A stretch of 61,037 nt of DNA, filler included, from Chiloscyllium plagiosum (taxonomy: Eukaryota): assembly GCF_004010195.1 (NCBI RefSeq). It is 3 parts of one record of this genome, joined end to end, with 100 filler letters (N's around TTAATTAATTAA, not from the genome) between each part and the next. Parts side by side here need not be neighbours in the genome. Positions count along the whole stretch, not along the records: positions 45,519 to 61,037 come from NC_057711.1; 2 more parts are not named here. One strand, written 5' to 3'. This document shows positions 50,656 through 60,685 of the stretch, piece by piece. The notes beneath the pieces were generated by a model. The model was not told the origin of the DNA, did not search any database, and was given only the letters and a program-made list of their open reading frames with translations. How positions within the stretch are numbered: the first letter of the stretch is position 1; every line of letters starts with the position of its first letter. The position numbers were made by a program, and so were the translations under genes.

Positions 50656-50910
50656 GACCGTATATTTTCTTATATCTGGATGTGCTATTACAGGTAACTG
50701 AATGACCTTTCCCACCAGCACATTTCATCAAATAACCAGTACCAGTAATATCACTAGATCAGTTCTATGAAATGAAATGAAAATAAATATTTTGGTAGTT
50801 AAAGAAGCAACAATTTATCCAGATGGTGGCAGTGTGAATGTGTCCCATGTGCTTAGAATCATGTTTCACTTTCTGTTTTACAATATCCCCCTCACTCCAG
50901 CTTGCTATAT

Positions 50911-51240
50911 CCTGTGGCTCAGTTGGTATCTCACTCGGACTCACTGCACAGACTAAGTACAAAAATCCATATAATACTCAACAGTCTCATGGAATTGCTG
51001 CACTTAGACCCATCATCTTTCAGACGTGATCTTACTCTCAAGTTTGATTTCAGCATCCTCAAAACGTCTTATCTGGTTATTATTTCACTCTTGTTAGTGG
51101 GAATTTCCTGTGTGTAAATTGGCTGCTTTTTTGATATATTATAGCAGTGATAACATCAGAAAGTACCAGTTTGGCTCTAATGTACATTCAAGTGGCCTGA
51201 GGTTGTCAAAGGCACTGTATAAATTTAAGTTTTTCTTTCT
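50911..51240 (+). mobile_element. Ancient Deu-family (SacSINE1/AmnSINE-like) SINE
   Basis: GTGGCTCAGTTGGTA head; TTATCTGGTTATTAT...AAATTGGCTGC...CCTGAGGTTGTCAAAGGCACTGTATAAAT and T-rich tail, matching the remembered consensus. Confidence 0.72.
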
Positions 51241-51244
51241 TAAG

Positions 51245-51310
51245 GACCTTGATGGATGTGTATTTTATCTGTGGAAATGGTACCACTGTGGATCCAGATG
51301 TAGTTAGAAG
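51245..51310 (+). CDS. CDHR2-like MAD-domain exon
   Basis: tttcttaag|...|gtaagt; phase 2 to 2; TLMDVYFICGNGTTVDPDVVR (compare remembered CDHR2 SYLDAYFVFPNGSALTLDEL). Confidence 0.8.
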
Positions 51311-51724
51311 GTAAGTTGTAAAATTACCTTTTATTGAAATTAAAATCAACTTCATATACAGTAAAGCCCTTTGAAGAAGATCAGCAGTTGGGGAAAGAGC
51401 TTTGTGATCATTGGTTCATTCCATAGTTGGATAGATGACTAAATTTGAGGCATAATATGAATTGAACTGAGCAGAAATCAACCTTTGGGTTTGGGGAAAT
51501 TTTAAGGAATTGTTTGTTAAATCAAGAAGTTAAGTCTCAATTTTGCATTGTTTGTCATGCCCATAATATCATTATGTTCTTCTGAGGAAACGCAGTAATC
51601 AACAAGATTAAGCCTTGATCCTGTATTGAGGTGTGGACATAATCCAAAGTAAGCATTTGCAAGCAGATAATTATTCAGTGGGTGTTGTTTGTGGATGATT
51701 GAGAGTGGACTGAGTGGGCAGTGC

Positions 51725-51860
51725 ATAGAACATAAAACATAGAATATTATAACACAGCACAGGCCTTTCAGCCCTCAATGTTGCGCCGACCTGTGGAACC
51801 AATCTGAAGTCCATCTACACTAACTACACTATTCCATTCTCATCCATATGCCTGTCCAAT
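51725..51860 (-). mobile_element. CR1 3' tip
   Basis: (CATAGAA)n reverse tail plus ACAGGCCTTTCAGCCC. Confidence 0.8.
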
Positions 51861-52244
51861 GAGGCAGTAATTGGCTACATTATCCTGCTTTCTTTTCGTG
51901 GATAGGACATATATGGGAAATTTTCTGGGGGTTTAGGTGAATGTTGTAACTGTATCGGAGCAGCTAGGCTGCAGAAACTGCTTCTTTTGTAGTACAAGTC
52001 ATGTGTGATGCTTGGGAGTTCAGGAGGAGGCATAAATGGTTTATCCGCTGAAAACAGTTGCAAAGACTTCAGCCTTGGCTTTGCCCTGATTGTGTTTGGC
52101 ACTGATTAGAAACCAGCTCAGAGTTGGAACACAAATCGACACAGTTATACTCATATTTAGCAATGGAAGGACCCTTCACCAATGCTGTTTAAGGACATCA
52201 GCTATTGCTTGGTTAGTTGCTGAGTTGGCGATTTCTTTGATTTT

Positions 52245-52420
52245 TCAATTCTTTTGTGAGACATGAGCATTGCTACCAAAGCCAACATCTGTTGCTCATC
52301 CCCCCATTGCCTTTGAAGTGAGCTGCCATCTTGTACCACTGCAGGCCATTTGATGCAGGGGCATCCCAGCACTGTTAGGGAGGACATGTCATGATTTTGA
52401 CCTAGCCAAGAAAGATTGAT
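52245..52420 (-). mobile_element. Second LINE family 3' end
   Basis: Antisense match to the 1050-1217 tail. Confidence 0.7.
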
Positions 52421-52423
52421 ATA

Positions 52424-54860
52424 GGGTGATCTTTTAAGAGTCTGAGTGAAATGAAGATTCAGGTGATAAGTACATCGAGACCCATCTTGATATCAAATCA
52501 TCTCACTCCACCTTTTGTACTTTTCATGAGCTAAGTGGTGAGATTCTCACTGGGCAGCAGTAAGATGCCAATTGACGGTCATTATTGATTGTTAAATGTC
52601 AAGTTAATGCAACAACTTGCATTATTAATATTCTGATTCCCAACTTACCAAATTCACCAAACATGCCAGACGTTGGAAAAACTCAACAAGGAAACCACAG
52701 CATATATCTGGCAGATTCAGCTCTCCACATGCTCTGTACCACCTCCTTGTTGGTCATTGGAAAACAACATCTCGGGGCACAATCCATGGGCACTAGCTAA
52801 ATGCACTCTTCCTGGAGGAGAATAGCACAGTGGCTCCATGGTAAGCACTGTGGCCTGACAGAGCACAGGATCTGGATTCGACTCTAACCTCAGGTGACTG
52901 TGGGGTGCTTGCACACTCTTCCCGTGTCTGCGTAGGTTTCCTCCCACAGTCCAAAGATATGCAGGTTCGGTGGATTTATCATATTGACTTTCCCTGTAGT
53001 GTCGAGGGATGTGTAGGCTAAATAGGTTAACCATGATTAATTATAGGTTATGGGATATGGTAGAGGGGCTGGGTCTCGGTGGGATACTCTTCAGAGGGTT
53101 GGTTTGGACTCGATGGGCTGAATGACCTGCTTCCACACGATAGGGATTATATGATTCTATGAAAAATCTAAAATTAAGAATCTACTGATGACCATAAAAC
53201 CATTGCCAATTATTGGAAAAACCCATTTGGCTCAGTAATGTGCTTCATGATGGGGAGCGCAGGATGCAAGGAAGATATGGCCACCTCTGAAGTGTTCTGA
53301 GTGGAAAGCACTGAGGAGAATGTGGCTCATTCCAACTCTGGCTGGATATCTCCTGGCACCATCCTGTTTTCTGGACTGGGATCATGGTTCCGCAATGCCT
53401 CTATCAACATGCCTTCAGTTTTGGGGAAGTGTCCAGGATGGTGGAGTGCAGGTATCTGTGCCTTTGCAGCAGCCCAGATCCCGCCAACCTGTCCATGGAG
53501 ACAGATAGAAAATCATTGGATTCATTGCATTGATGCAGCTTCTGGCCAATGAGGGCCATTGCACCCCATAGCCTGATTTATGTTACTGCTGCTCCCTGTG
53601 CGTTTGGATGAAGGACCTAACAGCTGACACAGCAGGGGCCTGTTCTGCCTGGTGCCTGGTCTCCAACCAGTCTCCAAGTGGCAATGTCCTGGCATGTTTC
53701 TTCCTTGGCCTGCTGCAGAGCCGTCTCAGTGAGGACTCATCAACTTGTGCTCCTGCACTCTCCGTGCCAGTAATTGTCATCGAGATGTCAAGATCTGAGC
53801 TGGGGGAGGTTGAGAGGTGCAGCGTTGGCTATGCTTCATTTGAGACCTCCGCGCTGTTATGCTCAGAGGTCTGTAATGGTGATTGTTCTGCTGGTAACTG
53901 CTTCTCCACAGCCATCAACAGGAGGCTTGTGGAAACAGAGGGCGTCCCAGCCTGTGGTTCCTCATAGTGTGCAATGATTGGGAGAGCTGACCGGTTCGAT
54001 AGGAGAATGGCAGTGCCATGCACTGCGGCACATACTCATTTGGTGGCACATGAATACCTTGTAATCCCGACCAACCCCGGTCTGTCCCTGCCAGGGCCAG
54101 GATTCTTAGGGAGTGAAGATGTGAATGTCGGCACCACCTCACCATCTCAGCCTTGTTACGGCACTGAGAGTGGGAAAAAAAAAGGGGAAATGAACAAGAT
54201 GACATTGGCCGGCCCTGAGGTGTTCCAAAGGACAGAGGAGGGGACTTGGAGTTCTTGCCAGGCCAGTGACATGGCAGACCTATGGGGGAAAAGGGTGTGT
54301 GAGGGAATATGTTGCAGTGAGAGTAATGGGACATTAGCTTCAACAGGAGCTGGGCATAGGTTCAGAGGTGGAGTGATGTGTGTGATAGCAGAGAGCAGTG
54401 TGGTACTCAAGCTGGCAGATTGGTGAGGGATCATTGATCTTCTTTCTGCAGTCAGCACCCAGGAAATGGCACTGATGCAGGTGAAGCCCTCAGACCTGGC
54501 TGGCATAGCCTCCTCTGCTGATCCACCAGGATGAGGATTCCTCTTCTTCCCATCACTAGGATGTCCAGGTCCCTGTCAGAGAAATGATGCCGAATATTCC
54601 TCTTGTCTGCCGCCTTCGGATTCATCACTGTATCAGGCAGCTTTGGGATGCCAGTTCTCATCAGGTGTATTGCAGCTTTTTAAAGGTGGCACAGGTGCAA
54701 GAGACACCAACGTTTTGGCTGGTATCCGCTGAGTAACAAATTGTTCTTGCACGTGGTAAGATGAGGCAGAAACTGGAAGTGACGCAGAAATTGGAAGTGA
54801 GAATTCCTCCAAAAATTGACAAAACTTCAGTTGAACCAAAAAAACTGCAAGATTCAGCCC
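52424..54860 (-). mobile_element. PIF/Harbinger-type element relic with a Myb/SANT-like ORF
   Basis: FSDRDLDILV..RRGIL / ISAISWVL / CRKKIND near 54625-54430; NKAEMVR..RILALAGTDR; imperfect termini GGGTGATCTT and AAGATTCAGCCC. Confidence 0.65.
52820..53160 (+). mobile_element. HE1-type SINE nested in the Harbinger relic
   Basis: Diverged head; (ATTCTATG)-type tail. Confidence 0.82.
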
Positions 54861-56009
54861 ATCTTTCCAGAACAACCTGTTTTACTCCATGTTACAAATC
54901 TGCACTAAGTGGAGCTTTTATTGGAATCTGTGACAGACCTGTGCTGTGTATGCCAAAGAAAATCACTGCTTCTCAGTTTGTTATGACTGGGCTGAAGCTC
55001 ATTAATTTCATTTTGTGCAACTAGTTAATCTGTTAAAATAATAATCTGTCATCATGAAATGTATGGTTTGAAAGAGATTTTGAAAGTTGAGTCAAGCCCT
55101 CTGTTTAATTTGTAACCTTAGGTTGAAAGCTTTTTGAGTGATATCTGTTTAAAAGGGGACAAAAAAAACAAGTGGGTTTATTTCCACATGACTACTAGGG
55201 CAGAATCTTACTGTCTTAGATTTTTCATCAACCATCAGGAGCATTCCCAGATCTGATGGTTTCTGAGGTCCACCTACCATCTTTTTATTCATTGATGGGT
55301 GTCACAGGCTGGGAAAGCACTAATTGCCAATCCTTAATTGGCATTCAGAATGTGACAGTGATTGCCTTCTTGAACTGTTATGACTGTTGGAGTTAGGGAC
55401 AACCACAGTGCCTGTGAGGAAGGCCGTTCCAGGAGATGTTGTCCCAGTGACAGTGACGAGAGGGCAATGTGTTTCAAAGGCAGAATGGTGAGTGAGGGAA
55501 ACTTGATCCATTTTCCTAGAGTTGGCCAATGCCCAGGCTGCCTTTGGGAGTCCCAATCTTTAGGAATATGTGGTGGGCACGCTGGAGACTCTGGGCAGCC
55601 AGCAGTTCCAGTCAGAAGGAGGACTAAGAGGGCATTTCATGGTGGGGGTGTTCCATGAAGACTTGAAACAAACACACTGGAAAAAAAGCCTCACTAGGCT
55701 CTACAGTCTGCTGCTCAGAAGCAGTATCCGATCACCTGCTGGGCATTGACCCCAGTCTGGATACTGCAGTCCACCCCAAGATATATCTTGGGCCTTTCAC
55801 CACGTGTTGGGTAGTTGATTGCTCTGAATTCACTTTGTGTCACTGACATTTGGGTAACTGAGGACTGCTTCACTCTGCCTCTAGCAATGCTTTGAGCGGC
55901 TGTCGTGATGGGAATCAGGTGGATCTTGTCATCTACGAGGTCCTTGATTGAGGTTGTTAACCCAGGCCAATCTGGATGCCCTGACTGACCAATATAAATG
56001 GGAAATTAC

Positions 56010-56228
56010 CTGGTAGTGTGGGGGTTAAATTTAAAAAAAGGGGAGTGTTATCACACAGCATTAAAAAAAAGAAAAAAAAACAGGAGTTGATCACGAAAAA
56101 AAAAACCCAGCAATGTGAAGGGCACTGCTTGTCACTGGCCACTTGGGTGTTTTCCCCTTTGAGAGTTGGATCAGTGTGAGTGTGAGTGCGCACGTGCAAG
56201 GACTCTCCTCCTTGAAAAGAAAAAAAAA
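56010..56228 (+). mobile_element. Poly(A)-tailed retroposed insert, L1/Tx1-type signature
   Basis: 16-bp TSD ATAAATGGGAAATTAC (55994-56009, 56229-56244) and A-tail. Confidence 0.78.
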
Positions 56229-56340
56229 ATAAATGGGAAATTACTGTTTCTCTGTAAACAGCTGTAAATTCTAATTGTTTTGTAAACTGTGAATTGTTTA
56301 ATAGAATATTCTAACAGGGAGGAAAAAAGATGGGATTGGT

Positions 56341-56619
56341 GGGACAGCACTGTGGCTCATTGGTTAGCACTGCTGCCTCACAGCGCCAGGGACCCAGGTT
56401 CAATCCCAGCCACAGGTCATTGCTGGTGCAGAGTTTGTGTGTCAGCATGGGTTCCTTTGCTGTATCTCACACCTGCACACACACAACATGGGTGCTGGGG
56501 AAAAAATAAGCACTACCGCACTTAGGTGGTAGTGTAGGGGTAAGTAAAAGAAAACAGAAGTGTCAGAGATTCTGCTCACAAAAAAGAAGAACAGGAGTGT
56601 CACACTGTTTTAAAAAAAG
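56341..56619 (+). mobile_element. Chimeric SINE: HE1 tRNA head with a non-CR1 A-rich tail
   Basis: HE1 head to about 56450, then CACACAACATGGGTGCTGGGGAAAAAATAAGCACTACCGC..GGTAGTGT; the GGTAGTGT motif recurs at about 56012 and 57004. Confidence 0.7.
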
Positions 56620-56634
56620 ATAAATGGGATTGGT

Positions 56635-56961
56635 GGGCCAGCACGGTGGCTCAGTGGTTAGCACTGCTGCCTCACCGCGCCAGGGACCCGGGTTCAATTC
56701 CCACCTCGGGCAACTGTCTGTGTGGAGTTTGCACATTCTCCCCGTGTCTGCGTGGGTTTCCTCTGGGTGCTCCGGTTTCCTCCCACAATCCAAAGGTGTG
56801 CAGGTCAGGTGAACTGGCCGTGCTAAATTGCCCGTAGTGTTAGGTGCATTAGTCAAAGGGAAATGTAGGGGAATGGGTTTGGGTGAGTTGCTCTTCCGAG
56901 GGTCGGTGTGGACCTGTTGGGCCGAAGGGCCTGTTTCCACACTGCAGGGAATCTAATCTAA
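56635..56961 (+). mobile_element. HE1-type SINE
   Basis: Near-consensus full copy with (AATCT)n tail. Confidence 0.93.
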
Positions 56962-57302
56962 TTTAAACTCCACAGATGTATCTTCAATATAAATAGGATT
57001 GGTGGTAGTGTGGGTTCTTTTTTAAAATAAAAACCAGATAAACAGGCGATTATGAGCAGTACTGCTGTATAGTGAGAAAAAATAATAAACAGGGGATTTA
57101 GATTCTTCTCAGTTCAGGGGGACTGACTCCAAGCAGGCTGGCTATAGCCAGTGTACTGTGCACATGTAAATAAAGGGTGACTTGGTGATGGAATACAGTT
57201 ATTTCAGCAGCCAATTTTATGATATTGTGATCTCTCAACTTCTGTCTCCTTTCACCTCCAAAACCCACTCTGCATAGCAATTAAGATTCCAGCCAATGTT
57301 TT

Positions 57303-57590
57303 CATAGAATCCCTACACTGTGAGAGCAAGCCATTCAATTTATCGTGACCACACCAAACCTCCAATGATCATTCCACCCAGACACACTCCCACTATCCTA
57401 TCCCTTTAACCCTGCGTTTCCCATGGCCAACCCACTAAACCTGCACATCTTTGGACTGTGGGAGGAAACTAGAGCACCCAAAGGAAATCCATGCAGCCAC
57501 ATAAACTCTGCATAAGCAATGACCTATGGGTGGAATCGAACCTGGTGCTGTGAGGCATCAGTGCTAATCATTGAGCTATCAGACCGTCCT
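57303..57590 (-). mobile_element. HE1-type SINE, diverged
   Basis: Reverse complement copy. Confidence 0.85.
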
Positions 57591-57712
57591 TAAATATTTT
57601 GACACAAGTTAGTATGTGAGACAGTCAATCCTGCTTTCACGTCTGGCATGTAGATTTGAACCTATGACACAGCATAAATGATTGTTTCAGCTTCATGGTT
57701 GATTTCCCTCAG

Positions 57713-57769
57713 GTTGGGAAGAGATAAACTGACAGTTGTTCAAAAGGTCATTGTTTGTAATGATTCAAA
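57713..57769 (+). CDS. Probable next exon of the cadherin 3' module
   Basis: tttccctcag|...|gtgagt; 57 bp, open only in phase 2 to 2, matching both neighbours; (R)LGRDKLTVVQKVIVCNDS(K). Confidence 0.6.
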
Positions 57770-58094
57770 GTGAGTATTCTGCCAGTGATGACAATTTGGA
57801 GGAGTAATGGGTGACATTACCTGAAAGATGTTCAGTGTGCCAGTTTCATTTCTGATAATGAACAGTTTCCTGGATCGTTGTCAGTCCACCAATAAACATG
57901 TTGATTGATTGAATTTAAACTCTGTTCCTGTTACAAGAATACTGGCTTCAAGTATACCAACAAATTAACATCAAAGAACCTTAGTAAATAAATTATCAGG
58001 GAGAGTAAAAAAATGATGCCTAAATGCCACTGCCTTACACTTGATGTTTGGATTTCATTTGAGATTTCCAACCCTTGATCAGGATGCAAACCAG

Positions 58095-59440
58095 CATAGA
58101 ATATAGAACATAGAACAATACAGCGCAGAACACACCCTTCAGACCTGGATGTTGCACCAACCTGTGAACTAATCTAAGCCCATCCCCCTACACTATCACA
58201 TCATCATCCATGTGCTTATCCAAGGATAGTTTAAATCTCCCTAATGTGGCTGAGTTAACTACATTAGCAGGCAGGGCATTCTATGCCCTTACCACTCTCT
58301 GAGTAAAGAACCTGCCTCTGACATCTGTCTTAAATCTATCACCCCTCAATTTGTAGATATGCCCCCTCGTGCAAGCTGATGTCATCATCCTAGGATTCAC
58401 TGTCTGCCCTATCTAATCCTCTGATCATCGTGTATGTCTCTATCAAACCCCCACTCAGCCTTCTTCTTTCCAATGAGAACAGACCTAAGTCTCTCAGCCT
58501 TTCCTCATGAGACCTTCCCTTCAGACCAGGCAACATCCTGGTAAATCTCCTCTGCACCTTTTCCAATGCTTCCACATCCTTTCTGTAATGGGGCGACCAG
58601 AACTGTACACAATATCCCAAGTGTGGCTGCACTAGCGTTTTGTATAGTTGCAGCATGACATTATGGCTCCGGAACTCAATCCCTCTACCTATGAAACCTA
58701 ACATGCCTTATGGCTTCTTAACAGCACTATCAACCTGGGTGGCAACTTTCAGGGATCTATGTACATGGACTCCAAGATCCCTCTGCACATCCACACTACC
58801 AAGAATCTTTCCACTACCTCACTACTCTGCCTTCCTGTTATTCTTCCCAAAGTGAATCACCTCACATTTATCTGCATTGAACTTCATTTGCCACCTCTCA
58901 GCTCAATTCTGTAGCTTAACAAAATCCCCCTGAAACCTGCAACATTCTTCCACACTGTCCACTACTCCACCAACTTTAGTGTCATCTGCAAGTTTACTAA
59001 TCTATCCACCTATGCCTGCGTCTAAGTCATTTATAAAAATGACAAACAGCAGTGGTCCCAAAACAGATTCTTGTGGCACACCACTCGTAACTGGACTCCA
59101 GGTTGAATATTTACCATCAAGCACCACTTGCTGCCTTCTTATAGAAAGCCAGTTTTCTAATCCAAACTGCTAAATCACCCTCAATTCAACGCCTCTGCAT
59201 TTTCTCCAACAGTCTACCATGTGGAACCTTATCAAAGGCTTTACTGAAGTCCATATGTACATATCAACTGCCCTACCCTCATCCACATGCCAGGTCACCT
59301 TCTCAAAAAACTCAATGAGGTTTGTGAGACATGGCCTGCCCTTGATAAAACCATGTTGACTATCTGTTATCAAATTGTTGCTTGCTAGATGATTATAAAT
59401 CCTACCTCTTATAATCCTTTCCAAAACTTTTCTCTACAGC
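58095..59440 (-). mobile_element. CR1 3' 1.35 kb
   Basis: SQHGFIKGRPCLTNLIEFF; MLGFIGRGIEFRSH..LYKTLVQPHLGYCVQFWSP; (CATAGAA)n reverse tail. Confidence 0.93.
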
Positions 59441-59630
59441 AGGAAACTGCTAAATCACCCTCAATCCCATGCCATCTCAGTCCCATCCCAGCATCTGAGT
59501 GTATGAATCCAATGCAGCCATCAAAGAAAAGCCAGACAACAAATTGTGCTTGAGCAACTAGTTATTGGTTGCAAGATCCCAGCTTAAATACCAAATTAAG
59601 GTGTGGTGTTTCCTCTGCAATTATATGCAG

Positions 59631-59750
59631 GGATGTGCATAAACTGAATACAAACTAACTTCCATGCCTTAAAATCGGGGGTTTTACAGCAGCAATACCG
59701 CCAAGCTGTGCATGCATATCTCCTTGATTTTTTTTGTAGCTTCCATAAGA
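59631..59750 (+). pseudogene. Broken transmembrane exon of the cadherin module
   Basis: atatgcag| in phase 2: (K)DVHKLNTN*LPCLKIGGFTAAIPPSCACI / SLIFFVASIR; stop plus frameshift, then a LINE insertion. Confidence 0.5.
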
Positions 59751-59759
59751 CCCTCCAGC

Positions 59760-60590
59760 TAAGAGAATCTCCTTGAACCACTGCAGTTGTTGAGGTGCAG
59801 GGAATATTGCTATTAGGAAGGGAGTTCCAGTATTTGAGCCCAGGGATAGTGAAGGAACAGTTCCAGGTGAGAATGGTATGGGACCTGCTGACAGTGGTAT
59901 TCCCATGCATTTGCTGTCCTTATCCTTCCACATGGTGGAGGTTGCCACTTTGGAAGATGTTGTCAAAGGAACCTTTGTGAGTTACTGCAGTTTATCTTGT
60001 AGATAGTATGCAATCCTTCCACTGTGCATTGATAGTGGGGGGTATCAAAGGAGGTAGATAAGGTGCCAATTGAGCAGGCTGGTTAATTGGCTAATGCAGT
60101 TCAGTTTCTGGTCAATGGTCAACACCCAGGATATTGATAGTGGGGGATTCAGCAATGGTAATGCTGTTGATTGTCAAGCGTTGATATGTGCAATCTTCTT
60201 GGAGATCCTCTCCACTTTAAGCCGGCGGTTAGTGGTGTCGATAGTAGTCATCATTTGGAGATGCCGGTGTTGGACTGGGGTGTACAAAGTTAAAAATTTT
60301 AACTTTGTACACCCCAGTCCAACACCGGCATCTCCAAATCATGATTGTCAAGGGGTAATGGTTAGATTGTATTTTGGTGTAAATGGCCATTTTCTGTTAA
60401 TTGTGTGGTGCAAATGAAATTGCCACTTAGCAGGTTCATTCAGATATTGTTAAGGTCTTGCTGCTTAAGGACCTCATTAACTGAGGATTGACAAATCATG
60501 TTGTATTTTATAAAATCATCAGCAACTTTATAATGGAGGAAATGTCATCATGACTTCCACAAATTGTTGAGTTCCTGATGACCCGGATAG
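59760..60590 (-). mobile_element. Second LINE family 3' portion, containing a PLE insert
   Basis: Homologous to 32775-33575. Confidence 0.82.
60179..60341. mobile_element. Insert with a perfect 43-bp-arm palindrome, probably from a second PLE family
   Basis: 11-bp TSD TGATTGTCAAG (60168-60178, 60342-60352); arms 60253-60295 and 60297-60339; - strand ORF start MTTIDTTNRRLKVERISKKIAHIN. Confidence 0.8.
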
Positions 60591-60685
60591 TGTAAATGCA
60601 CAAAGATATCGGGGCTGTCCTTGTACACCAGTCAGTGGAAGTAGATGGGCAGATGCAGCAAAAAATTAGGAAGGCAGGTGATATA

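Larger units (their letters stand above)
1250..59750 (+). pseudogene. Decayed large cadherin-related gene: many EC repeats, MAD-like segment(s), then a CDHR2-like EC-MAD-TM 3' module
   Basis: Most non-TE intervals translate on + into ordered cadherin motifs (PxF, V-x-E, A-x-D-x-D, Y-x-I, G-x-I, LDxE, Y-x-L-x-V) with in-frame stops and frameshifts. TEs sit inside the coding-like stretches. The 3' exons splice in phase into a canonical EC repeat. Confidence 0.72.

Noticed and set aside
53608..54426. 119-150 aa + strand ORFs
   Set aside because: Antisense shadows of the GC-rich Harbinger-like relic; no recognisable protein.
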